Shown: positions 42,913 through 56,300 of the stretch, piece by piece
Position numbering within the stretch: position 1 is the stretch's first letter
Layout: every line of letters starts with the position of its first letter
Assembly: GCA_964016885.1 (NCBI GenBank)
Contig: OZ024760.1
Span: 10,354,001 to 10,418,000 of the forward strand
Source of the DNA: Eledone cirrhosa
Lineage: Eukaryota
Reading direction: 5' to 3'
DNA length: 64,000 nt
Position numbers and translations under genes: made by a program
The notes under the pieces: generated by a model
What the model was told of the DNA's origin: nothing
What the model saw: the letters and a program-made list of their open reading frames with translations, nothing else
The model's database searches: none

Positions 42913-45900
42913 CCGCTGCCATCACCATCACCACCACCACCATCATTATCACTATCATCACCACTACCATCATCATCATCATCATCATCATCATTACCAG
43001 CACCATTGAAGGTATCTGAAATGGTGGAACATTCTATGGAACCAAGTAATACAGAATGGGGTCATACCAAATGACTGGCGTAGCAGCATCATTGTCAACT
43101 GTTACAAGGACGAAGGAGATGCTCTGGATAGAGGAAACTATAGCGGCATTAAGTTAGTTGACCAGGTCATGAAAGTCTCAGAAAGAGTTATTACTCAACT
43201 GATTAGAGACCAAATTGATCTAGATGAAATGCAGTTTGGGTTTGTGCCAGGTAAAAGCACCACGGATGCTCTTTTCTTTGTACGGCAACTACAGGAGTAC
43301 CTAGCTAACAGTAAACCCCTCTACTTGGCTTTTGTTGACTTGGAGAAAGCCTTTGACTCACCTTAATCTGGTGGGCTCTTAGAAAACTAGGTGTAGATGA
43401 GTGGCTTGTGATAGCTATACAAGCCATGTATAGAGGAACAGTCAGCAAGGTTAGAATTAACAATGAATATAGTGAAGAATTTAGCGTAAAAGTATGTGTT
43501 TATCAAGGCTCTGTCCTTATTCCCCTCTTGTTTATTATTGTCCTACAGGCTATAACATAGGAGTTTAAGACTGGCTGCCCATGGGCACTTCTATATGTAG
43601 ATGATCTAACTCTCATGGCTGAACTAGAGAAGAGGTTCCAAACATGGAAGCATGGCCTAGAATCAAAAGGCCTTAGAGTTAACTTGTCGAAGACTAAAGC
43701 TCTAGTATGTAGAAAGGAGAATAGGGCACAGGTACCCTCTGGGAAATGGCCATGCTCAGTGTGTAAGAAGGGAGTAGGTAGAAATTCCATTCTATGCCCC
43801 AAATGCTAACTATGGGTACATAAAAGATGTAGTGGGATCACAGGTAAGCTATCGAAGAATGTAGATTTTAAATGTGGCCGATGCTCAGGTGCAGTAATTA
43901 GCAAGGGCCCACTGGATGCTATCTCCTTCAACTGCCCAGATGGTTCTATAGAAATAGCAGACACTTTCCGTTACCTGGGTACCAAAATCAGCAGTGGAGG
44001 AGGGTGTTCTGAAAGTACAGTAGCCAGAGTTAGGACGGGATGGAAAAAGTTCAGAGAGCTAATACCGCTGTTGGCCACAAGGGGTTTTTATCTAAAAGTG
44101 AAAGGCAGATTGTATGATGCATGTATACGAATGGTGATATTACATGGTAGTGAGACCTGGGTGTTGTGTGCTGAAAACCTGCGTAGATTAGAAAGAAATG
44201 AAGCTTGCATGCTCCGATGGATGTGTAATAGTAATGTGTGCAAACGGCAAAGCATAAACAAATTGAGAGAGAGACTAAGCATAAGAGGTATCAAATGTTG
44301 TGTTCTGGAGAGGAGATTGCGTTGGTATGGACATGTGATGCGTATGAAGGACGACAGCTGTATAAAAAAGTGCAGGGCAATGAAAATTGATGGAAGCTAC
44401 GGAGTGGGTAGACCAAGAAAAACCTGGGACGAGGTGATAAAAACTGACCTTGCTCACTTACACCTCTCTAAGACAATGACACTGGATCGAGATCTTTGGC
44501 GCCATGCAGTTGTACAGAAGACCCACCTTCCTATATCACATGACATCACAGTCACATGACATGACAGTCTCTCTCTCTCTCTATCTCCCTCTCTAGCTAC
44601 CACAACCAGCGCCCTCTACCAGAAGACCTCCAGTGTCCACCCCCGTTGTCACAATACCAGCACATGGATCCTATTTTGAAATTCCTTCTGTCAAGAAGAG
44701 ATCTTTTGCACCTTGCAGAGCTTCAGATGTTGATATACACGTACCAAGTCTAAAGAACAATGGTAAGTAGTGATGGTATTGTGGTAGTGGTGGTAGTAGT
44801 GGTATGGTAGTAGTGGTGGTGGTGGTGGTATGGTAGTAGTGGTATGGTAGTAGTGGTGGTAGTAGTGGTATGGTAGTAGTGGTATGGTAGTAGTGGTATG
44901 GTAGTAGTGGTGGTGGTGGTGGTAGTGGTGGTGGTGGTATGGTAGTAGTGGTGGTAGTGGTGGTATGGTAGTAGTGGTATGGTAGTAGTGGTGGTATAGT
45001 AGTAGTGGTAGAAGTGATGGTATGGTAGTAGTGGTGGTGGTGGTGGTGGTGGTAGTGATGGTATGATAGTAGTGGTGGTGGTGATGGTGATGGTAGTAAT
45101 GGTGGTGGTGGTGGTGGTAGTAATGGTGGTGGTGGTGGTAGTAATGGTGGTGGTGGTAATGGTATGGTAGTAGTGGTGGTAATGATGGTATGGTAGTAGT
45201 GGTGGTAGTTGTGGTAATGATGGTATGGTGGTGATGGCGATGGTAGTAATGGTGGTGGTGGTGGTAATGGTATGGTAGTAGTGGTGGTAGTGGTGGTAAT
45301 GATGGTATGGTGGTGGTGGTGGTAGTAAGGATGGTGATAGTAGTAATGGTGGTGATGGTGATGGTAGTTAGAGTGGTAGTGGTGGTGGTGGTGGTGATGG
45401 TAGTAAGGGTGGTGGTGGTGGTGATGGTAGTAAGGATGGTGATGGTAGCAATGGTGGTGGTGGTGATGGTAGTAAGAGTGGTAGTGGTGATGGTAATAAT
45501 GGTGGTGGTGGTGGTGGCAGTAATGGTGGTGATGGTGACTTGTGTTATTTTCTTCAGCCGACACCAATGACAAGCTGTTTGAACAGTATAGCCAACCGAT
45601 ATTGACACAGCCAGCTGCACCTCCCAGAGCTGGTCTACTAGAGATGCTTCGTGACACAGATGTAAGTTTTAAAGTCTTTCTTAAGCCTAGCAGTCATTAG
45701 AATGTTGGATTAGATGTCTTGTCGTATTCATTCAGGTTTTCTGTGCTCTTACCTCGAAGATGCTCGCAATTGACTTTTTTCTTAGAAAAACAGATAATCC
45801 CCGATGACTAAATTTGTAAAAAATAACGAAGGTGAAAAGGTGAGCAGTGTTTGGTGGAAAATAATTATTTTTCCTCGTTTTCCCATATTCTATCAACTAA

Positions 45901-48745
45901 TCTGACCTCTTAGATACTTGCAATTGACTTTTGTCCCAGAAAACAGAAACCCTGACTCTAATGCGGGAAAAAAATTTGATTGCAAGCATCTAAGATGTCC
46001 AGAAAAAATCAAGGAAAAATAATTATTTCCCACCAAATGTGTGTAAATTTGCAGAACTCCGATGTTCTTTTAGCCCCTTCACTCTCCTTGAGATTTGATA
46101 GTGTTATTGGGGCATTGATTGACTTCCCTCTCGACTATGCCCCATATGTATTAGTCCAATAGATTCAGCTCTGGAGAGCTAGAAGGTCATATATTTGAGG
46201 TGGTGTGATTGTGGAGGTTGTAACTCATCCATTCTTAGGTTGTCTTGGCCATATGAGATAGTGCAGAGTCTTGGTGTAGGTGTATAGTCCTCCTTTGCTC
46301 ACAATATCTATCCAAGGCCTCACAACCTTTTTCCAACACCTCCTTATAGTCAGCAGCATTGACCTTAACCTTTTTAACATTTAAACCGGCCAGATCTGGC
46401 CAGAATTCTCTCACCTCTTTCTGGTCAAACTGACTATAACTAGCCACCTACACCAACGTTATTGTTTTCAAAATAAATATCAAAATCTCTCAGATTCCAT
46501 ATTATGTGAGATAAAGTGTTTATTGTGAAAATACAATAGTAAATATAGAGTAATGTAAATGCTAAGGGGTTAAGCCCTGAGGAAAGAAGTGAGGGGGCAT
46601 GATATCTCCCTCATTATTCACATCTCCCTGAACCCTCACACTTGTAGGAAACTTTGTATGCATAACTGTTGGAACACCATTAAGTATATAGATATATGTG
46701 TTCATGTGTATATAATTGATCTGTTCTCATTACAGAGAAGAAATGAAAATTTCACAGGAATAAAATCTGTAAGTTATATATATATATATATCATCATCAT
46801 CATCATCATTTTACGTCCGCTTTTCCCTGCTTGCAAGGGTGGGATGGGTCTTATTTAGCATATATATATATGTGTGTGTGTGTGTGTATATATATATATT
46901 TTTTTTTTTCAATATTTTGGTGTTTCTTGTATCAAGGACAGAGAGAGGTCAATTTATCACACCCAACACCACAATCCCCATCATCAAAGGAGCTGTTATA
47001 CGGTCACTCAATTTGCTAGAAATAGCAGTAAAATAACCCTCCTCAAACTACACAGTCTACTATCTTAAGAATGTGGACACATTGGATAATGTAGTCCTAA
47101 ATACACTTTGTTTTGAAAGACAAGATGGATACAACTGGAACGTCTTTGATCATTGAGCTACTTGGTCAGAGCTGGCCAGGGGTTAAACTACTACAACAAT
47201 GACATTACCACCAGTGCTCCCTTAATAACTGGGAGCAAATTTGGGAGCTTCTATGCAACTAACTAGAAATAGCAGCTGAATCTCCCTCACATTCTACTGT
47301 ATGTCTGTGTTAAGGCATTTGCTCAAGCATGGCCACAACCTAATGACTGAAACCAGTAAAGAACATAATTGTTTCTACCTTTGGCACAAGGCCAGTAATT
47401 ACACAGTACATTACTGGTACTTTATTTTATCGACCCCGTAAGGATGAAAGGCAAAGTCAACCTCGGCGGGATTTGAATTCAGACCCTCTACCGATACTGC
47501 CAATCCACCGCCCTCATAAAGAACATAATATTATCCAAGATAAACTATACTTGAACAGCTGAGAAGGTCATGAATGGAATGGCTTTAATCATTAAGTTGT
47601 TAAACCATAACAGCACAATTATTATCACAACACTAACCCTAACCCCTAGACAGCTTTAACCCTAACCAATAGTAACTGTAAACAGGTAAAACTGTCCCCA
47701 TTAAACCAACCAATGGTAATCTATCTATTTCTAGTGTCAACCTCACAGAACAACAAACTCTCAACATGATAACACAAGACTACACAAACCTCCCAAGAAG
47801 ATTTTTATTGTACAAGTAAGTATCATCATCATCATCATTTTTACATCCGTTTTCTACACTTGCATGGGTTGGACAGGTCCTTTTCGGCACAGTGTCTCTC
47901 CACTCACCATGTTGCTTCGTCATCTCTTCTGTGAGTCTCAATGATTTGAGATCAGCTCTTATCACTTCCTCCCAAATCTTCCTTGGTCTACTGCTACTAC
48001 AGCTTCCCTCCACTGGAATTTCCTGTTACTTCTTCACCTAGTGATCATCATCCATGTGCATTACATGTCTACACCAATGCAGTCTTCTCTCCTGCACACC
48101 ACTTTGGATTCCGCTTAAGAGTGATATATATATATATATATATTGGAAAATGTGTGTAATCCTTGGTACAGTTAGGTATATTAAGACAGGGGGGAAGAAA
48201 AAATGGCTTCACTTGTGCTTTCAACAAATTTATTTTCTTCACAAAATCCAAAAAGAATATTTTTCCGGATTAGAAAAAAAATTTTTTTTTTCTTAAAAAA
48301 AATTATTTTATAAATTAAGTTAGGTCTTAGGAGTTCTTGGTTAACGTAGGAGGTATTGTTTCGTTTTTAGAACGACCTTTCACGCTGAGGTGCGCTTGTC
48401 AAACTGATGTGTATGTGGTGTGTTGTTCTATATATAGGGATTTGACATGTCTGAGGTGTGGAGGGTAAAAAAAAAAAAAAAAAACCCTACCACACCACAG
48501 ACATGTCAAATCCCTATATATAGAACAACACACCACATACACATCAGTTTGACAAGCGCACCTCAGCGTGAAAGGTCGTTCTAAAAACGAAACAATACCT
48601 CCTACGTTAACCAAGAACTCCTAAGACCTAACTTAATTTATAAAATAATTTTTTTTCTAATCCGGAAAAATATTCTTTTTGGATTTTGTGAAGAAAATAA
48701 ATTTGTTGAAAGCACAAGTGAAGCCATTTTTTCTTCCCCCCTGTC

Positions 48746-48782
<37 letters not shown>

Positions 48783-49548
48783 TAGTACAGCCCCTAAACC
48801 CAGGGTTTCATAATCATATATATCCCTCCCCCAACCACAGCTGTCACATTGTCACTTTGTTTCCTTTGCATTGCAGCCATCTAATTCGAAGGCCCATCCA
48901 GAAGTTGGTAATAGTAAATCTAACCCCAGGATTGTGTCACAACTTGCTGAGGATTATGTTGCTATGGTAACTATATGTTTTGTTATTGGTGGTGGTGGTG
49001 GTGGTAACTACATATAGTATGTATGTATATTTGAAAAGGGGGGAAAGGTTCTATACAAAACAGGTTAGAGAAAAAAAGTAAGAATGGACACAGCACGGAA
49101 ATATATTTAAAGAATCTTGTTTTCTTTTTTGATCCGTCAAAGTGACATTATGTATGTATGTAATCGGTGGATTGGCAGTATAGGTAGAGGGTCGGACGCC
49201 ATGCTTTCCAGCATAGTTACGTCCCTTTACGATCTGAGTTCAAATCCCGCCGAGGTTGACTTTGCCTTTCATCCTTACGGGGTCGATAAAATAAAGTACC
49301 AGTAATGTACTGGGTGATTGCTGGCCTTGTGCCTAAAGTAGAAACAATTATGTATGTATGTAATCGGTGGATTGGCAGTATAGGTAGAGGGTCGGACGCC
49401 ATGCTTTCCAGCATAGTTACGTCCCTTTACGATCTGAGTTCAAATCCCGCCGAGGTTGACTTTGCCTTTCATCCTTACGGGGTTGATAAAATAAAGTACC
49501 AGTAATGCACTGGGTAATTGCTGGCCTTGTGCCTAAAGTAGAAACAGT

Positions 49549-49588
<40 letters not shown>

Positions 49589-52500
49589 GTGATGGTGGTG
49601 GTAATTATACATATCTATACATAACATGGAGGCACATGGCTTAGTGGTTACAGCATTGGGCTTGCAATCGAGAGGTTGTGAGTTCAATTCTCAGACCGGG
49701 TGATGTGTTGTGTCCTTGAACAAGACACTTTATTTCACATTGCTCCAGTTTACTCAGCTGTAGAAATGAGATGGTAGGGGCTGGGGTCCCTATCATTCCA
49801 CTGCAAAGTGGTTGTGGAGGTGCCACGGCAAAAAAGCCCCCAGCACTCACTGTAAATGAGGTTGGTGTTAGGAAGGGCATCCAGCTGTAGAAATCAAGCC
49901 AGAATCAGTTCCCGTCCCACCCTTGCAAGCAGGGAAAACTGGACGTAAAATGATGATGATGAAATGAATGATATATATGGCATAATTCTGTTATAATTGT
50001 TTCTACTTTTGGCACAAGGTCACCAATATAACAGTGTATTACTGGTACTTTATTTTATCGACCCCGTAAGGATGAAAGGCAAAGTTAACCTCGGCGGGAT
50101 TTGAACTCAGGCCATAAAGGGCCGTAACTCCATATATATACATGATATAATATGGTATATATATATACCTAGACTATGTATATGGTATAATTCTGTTATA
50201 ATGAATACCATTATAACATTACTCGATAGAGTGTGTAGCTCAGAGATCAGAGAGTCACTCCAGGTAGAGCCACTACTTCTCTGAATTGAGAGATCACAGC
50301 TCCGATACTGTGGACATGTGGTTAGAATGTCTCAGGAAAGAATCACTGGACAGATTTTGCTGGCAAAACCAACTGACAGGAGACCCAAGGGTATACTCCG
50401 AGCAAGATGGTTGAATAACATCCATGAGCTTGGCTGGTCTCATTTAGGGATCCAGTTGGAGACGGTTGCTTCTGACAGGACCCACTGGGAGGAGTGTTTG
50501 AGGACTCTGTCCCCTTAGGAATAAGTGGGCAAAGAAGAAGATATATATAACAATACTCATAGGTGCGAAAAGGAAAAAGGATCAATCAGGAAGAGTATAG
50601 TATAGTAGTGCTTGTTTTAGTCTAGGTTAGATTGCTATAGTATAGTAGTGCTTGTTTTAGTCTAGGTTAGATTGCTATAGTATAGTAGTGAATACTCTAG
50701 TCTAGGTTAGATTGCTATAGTATAGTAGTGAATACTCTAGTCCAGGTTAGATTGCTATAGTATAGTAGTGCTTGTTTTAGTCTAGGTTAGATTGCTATAG
50801 TATAGTAGTGAATACTCTAGTCTAGGTTAGATTGCTATAGTATAGTAGTGAATACTCTAGTCTAGGTTAGATTGCTATAGTATAGTAGTGCTTGTTTTAG
50901 TCTAGGTTAGATTGCTATAGTATAGTAGTGAATACTCTAGTCCAGGTTAGATTGCTATAGTATAGTAGTGCTTGTTTTAGTCTAGGTTAGATTGCTATAG
51001 TATAGTAGTGAATACTCTAGTCTAGGTTAGATTGCTATAGTATAGTAGTGCTTGTTTTAGTCTAGGTTAGATTGCTATAGTATAGTAGTGAATACTCTAG
51101 TCTAGGTTAGATTGCTATAGTATAGTAGTGCTTGTTTTAGTCTAGGTTAGATTGCTATAGTATAGTAGTGAATACTCTAGTCCAGGTTAGATTGCTATAG
51201 TATAGTAGTGCTTGTTTTAGTCTAGGTTAGATTGCTATAGTATAGTAGTGAATACTCTAGTCTAGGTTAGATTGCTATAGTATAGTAGTGCTTGTTTTAG
51301 TCTAGGTTAGATTGCTATAGTATAGTAGTGAATACTCTAGTCTAGGTTAGATTGCTATAGTATAGTAGTGAATACTCTAGTCTAGGTTAGATTGCTATAG
51401 TATAGTAGTGAATACTCTAGTCTAGGTTAGATTGCTATAGTATAGTAGTGCTTGTTTTAGTCTAGGTTAGATTGCTATAGTATAGTAGTGAATACTCTAG
51501 TCTAGGTTAGATTGCTATAGTATAGTAGTGAATACTCTAGTCTAGGTTAGATTGCTATAGTATAGTAGTGAATACTTTAGTCTAGGTTAGATTGCTATAG
51601 TATAGTAGTGAATACTCTAGTCTAGGTTAGATTGCTATAGTATAGTAGTGAATACTCTAGTCTAGGTTAGATTGCTATAGTATAGTAGTGAATACTCTAG
51701 TCTAGGTTAGATTGCTATAGTATAGTAGTGAATACTTTAGTCTAGGTTAGATTGCTATAGTATAGTAGTGAATACTCTAGTCTAGGTTAGATTGCTATAG
51801 TATAGTAGTGAATACTCTAGTCTAGGTTAGATTGCTATAGTATAGTAGTGAATACTCTAGTCTAGGTTAGATTGCTATAGTATAGTAGTGAATACTTTAG
51901 TCTAGGTTAGATTGCTATAGTATAGTAGTGAATACTCTAGTCTAGGTTAGATTGCTATAGTATAGTAGTGAATACTCTAGTCTAGGTTAGATTGCTATAG
52001 TATAGTAGTGAATACTCTAGTCTAGGTTAGATTGCTATAGTATAGTAGTGAATACTCTAGTCTAGGTTAGATTGCTATAGTATAGCAGTGAATACTTTAG
52101 TCTAGGTTAGATTGCTATAGTATAGTAGTGCTTGTTTTAGTCTAGGTTAGATTGCTATAGTATAGTAGTGAATACTCTAGTCTAGGTTAGATTGCTATAG
52201 TATAGTAGTGAATACTCTAGTCTAGGTTAGATTGCTATAGTATAGTAGTGAATACTCTAGTCTAGGTTAGATTGCTATAGTATAGTAGTGCTTGTTTTAG
52301 TCTAGGTTAGATTGCTATAGTATAGTAGTGAATACTCTAGTCTAGGTTAGATTGCTATAGTATAGTAGTGAATACTCTAGTCTAGGTTAGATTGCTATAG
52401 TATAGTAGTGAATACTCTAGTCTAGGTTAGATTGCTATAGTATAGTAGTGAATACTCTAGTCTAGGTTAGATTGCTATAGTATAGTAGTGAATACTCTAG

Positions 52501-53121
52501 TCTAGGTTAGATTGCTATAGTATAGTAGTGAATATCACTATGGTAACAGTATAGTAGTGTAGTAGTGAATACGTTATATCACTGTAATAACCACTACCAC
52601 CTGTACTACTACCATTACCAACTCTTCCACCACCATTACTGTCACCTCTACCACCATCACTCCTACCACTACCACTGCTACCACCCTGCAACTATCACCA
52701 CCACTAGTACATCATTAACACTACCACCACTGTTACTACCACTACTACTACCACCACTACCACCACAGTTACTACCACTACTACTACTACTACCACTGTT
52801 ACCACCACTACCACCACCGTTACTACTACCACCACCACCACCGTTACTACTCTACTACCACCACTACCACCACCACAACTACCACTACTACTATCACCAC
52901 TACCATCACCACTACTACTACTACTACCACCACCACCGTTACTACCACTACCACCACCACCACCACCACCACTACTACCACTACCACCATCACTACTACT
53001 ACTACTACCACCACCGTTACTACCACTACCACCACCACCACTACTACTACTATCACCACCACCGTTACTACCACTACCACCACCTCCACAACTACCACTA
53101 CTACTACCACCACCTCCACAA

Positions 53122-53171
<50 letters not shown>

Positions 53172-53259
53172 GCTACTACTACTACTACCACCACCACCAC
53201 CGTTACTACCACTACCACCACCTCCACAACTACCACTACTACTACCACCACCTCCACAA

Positions 53260-53294
<35 letters not shown>

Positions 53295-53339
53295 GCTACT
53301 ACCACTACCACCACCTCCACCACCACTACTACCACCATC

Positions 53340-53371
<32 letters not shown>

Positions 53372-56300
53372 CACCGTTACTACCACTACCACCACCTCCA
53401 CAACTACCACTACTACTACTACCTCTACATTCTCAGGTGAAGAAATCGTTGACTGCAGCTAATTACAGAATATTTACCAAGAGTCTGCAAGAGTACAGGA
53501 AGTCTGAGGATCTGGGCAGTCTGAAGGTTGTGTTGGCTGACCTCTTTACGGCCAGTACTGACCAGTACATCTTGTTGAAGAGTAAGTAGTTCTCTCACAT
53601 ACATACACACACACTGTCACATACATACACACATACACACACACACACACACTGTCACATACATACACACAGTCACATACACACACACACTGTCACATAC
53701 ACACACACACTGACACATACACACACAATGACACATACACACACAATGACACATATACACACACACTGACACATACACACACAATGACACATACACACAC
53801 ACTGACACATACACACACTGTCACATACATACACACACTGTCACATACACACACACACTGTCACATACACACACACACTGACACACACACACACTGTCAC
53901 ATGCACACTGACACACTGTCACACACACTCACATACACACACACACACTGTCACATACACACACACTATCACACACTGTCACATACACACACATACTGAC
54001 ACATACACACACAATGACACATACACACACAATGACACATATACACACACACTGACACATGCACACACAATGACACATACACACACACTGACACATACAC
54101 ACACACTGTCACATACATACACACACTGTCACATACACACACACACTGTCACATACACACACACACTGACACATACACACACACACACTGTCACATGCAC
54201 ACTGACACACTGTCACACACACTCACATACACACACACACACACTGTCACATACACACACACACACACTGTCACACACACACACTGACATACGCACTGAC
54301 AGATACACACACACACACACTGACACACATACACACACACTGTCACATACATACACACACTGTCACATACACGCTGACACATACACATACACACACACAT
54401 ACTGTCACATACACGCTGACACATACACATACACACACACACACACTGTCACATACACGCTGACACATACACATACACACACACACACTGTCACATACAC
54501 GCTGACACATACACATACACACACACACACTGACACATACACACACATCATTCTGGACAATCTGAAAGTTTTCCTTGCTGACCTCTCTACGGCCAGTGTT
54601 GACCTCTCTACGGCCAGTGCTGACCTCTCTACGGCCAGTGCTGACCAGTACATCTTGTTGAGGTGTACATAATGGCACATCATTTATAATTTCTTTCTTT
54701 AACCCTTTAGCATTCACATTACCCTATATATACTATTATATTTTCATGGTAAAGGCTTTACCTCACATAATTACCTCACATAATATCGAATCTATGAGAT
54801 TTTGAAAGTATTTATTTTGAGAACAATACCTTAACATCAGTTTGAGTGACCAGTTACAGCCAGTTTCAACAGAAAGAGGTAGAGAATTCTGGCCGGTTTT
54901 GGCCGGTTTGAACATTAAAGGGTTAATTTGAATTGTACAAACAACGGCTGCTCTCTGATAGGGTTTGTGGTAGAGTCTGTAGCAGTGGAGACTTCCAGTG
55001 TGGCCCCTGGACCACATGCCTACTTTATATAGGGTTTGTGGTAGAGTCTGTAGCAGTGGAGACTTCCAGTGTGGCCCCTGGACCACATGCCTACTTTATA
55101 TAGGGTTTGTGGTAGAGTCTGTAGCAGTGGAGACTTCCAGTGTGGCCCCTGGACCACATGCCTACTTTATATAGGGTTTGTGGTAGAGTCTGTAGCAGTG
55201 GAGACTTCCAGTGTGGCCCTGGACCACATGCCTACTTTATATAGGGTTTGTGGTAGAGTCTGTAGCAGTGGAGACTTCCAGTGTGGCCCCTGGACCACAT
55301 GCCTACTTTATATAGGGTTTGTGGTAGAGTCTGTAGCAGTGGAGACTTCCAGTGTGGCCCCTGGACCACATGCCTACTTTATATAGGGTTTGTGGTAGAG
55401 TCTGTAGCAGTGGAGACTTCCAGTGTGGCCCTGGACCACATGCCTACTTTATATAGGGTTTGTGGTAGAGTCTGTAGCAGTGGAGACTTCCAGTGTGGCC
55501 CCTGGACCACATGCCTACTTTATATAGGGTTTGTGGTAGAGTCTGTAGCAGTGGAGACTTCCAGTGTGGCCCTGGACCACATGCCTACTTTATATAGGGT
55601 TTGTGGTAGAGTCTGTAGCAGTGGAGACTTCCAGTGTGGCCCCTGGACCACATGCCTACTTTATATAGGGTTTGTGGTAGAGTCTGTAGCAGTGGAGACT
55701 TCCAGTGTGGCCCCTGGACCACAGGCCTACTTTATATAGGGTTTGTGGTAGAGTCTGTAGCAGTGGAGACTTCCAGTGTGGCCCTGGACCACATGCCTAC
55801 TTTATATAGGGTTTGTGGTAGAGTCTGTAGCAGTGGAGACTTCCAGTGTGGACCCTGGACCACATGCCTACTTTATATAGGGTTTGTGGTAGAGTCTGTA
55901 GCAGTGGAGACTTCCAGTGTGGACCCTGGACCACATGCCTACTTTATATAGGGTTTGTGGTAGAGTCTGTAGCAGTGGAGACTTCCAGTGTGGACCCTGG
56001 ACCACATGCCTACTTTATATAGGGTTTGTGGTAGAGTCTATATATGATTCTGTAGCTTGTTTGAATTCTCAACGAAATCTAATATGATGAAAGCCTACTA
56101 CATAATCCTATTGTACAAATAAAGGACACTGAAAACTTGGAGCAATCAGACATAAGCTTTCCCACTTCTACTGGGTGTGTTTGTGGTTTGATGTGCTATA
56201 GTTGTACCAGTCGTCCCAGCATACCAATAACTCCTAAAAACATAAGTTATTTGGGATAAATACAAGACAAGACAGCAAAATGACAGAAGTTGGTATCTTT

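Noticed and set aside
43169-44559. Functional reverse transcriptase gene
   Set aside because: Multiple stops and frameshifts, 5'-truncated; a dead RTE copy.
47630-47670. Telomere-like (CCCTAA)n remnants (also ~35525 and 42310) in a telomere-helicase gene
   Set aside because: Only 2-3 degenerate units; expected by chance in this low-complexity background.
54957-56040. 71-bp array as tandem alternative exons (tttatatag acceptor-like)
   Set aside because: Unit length varies between 70 and 71, there is no good donor or RTEL1 similarity, and the flanking exons join in frame without it.
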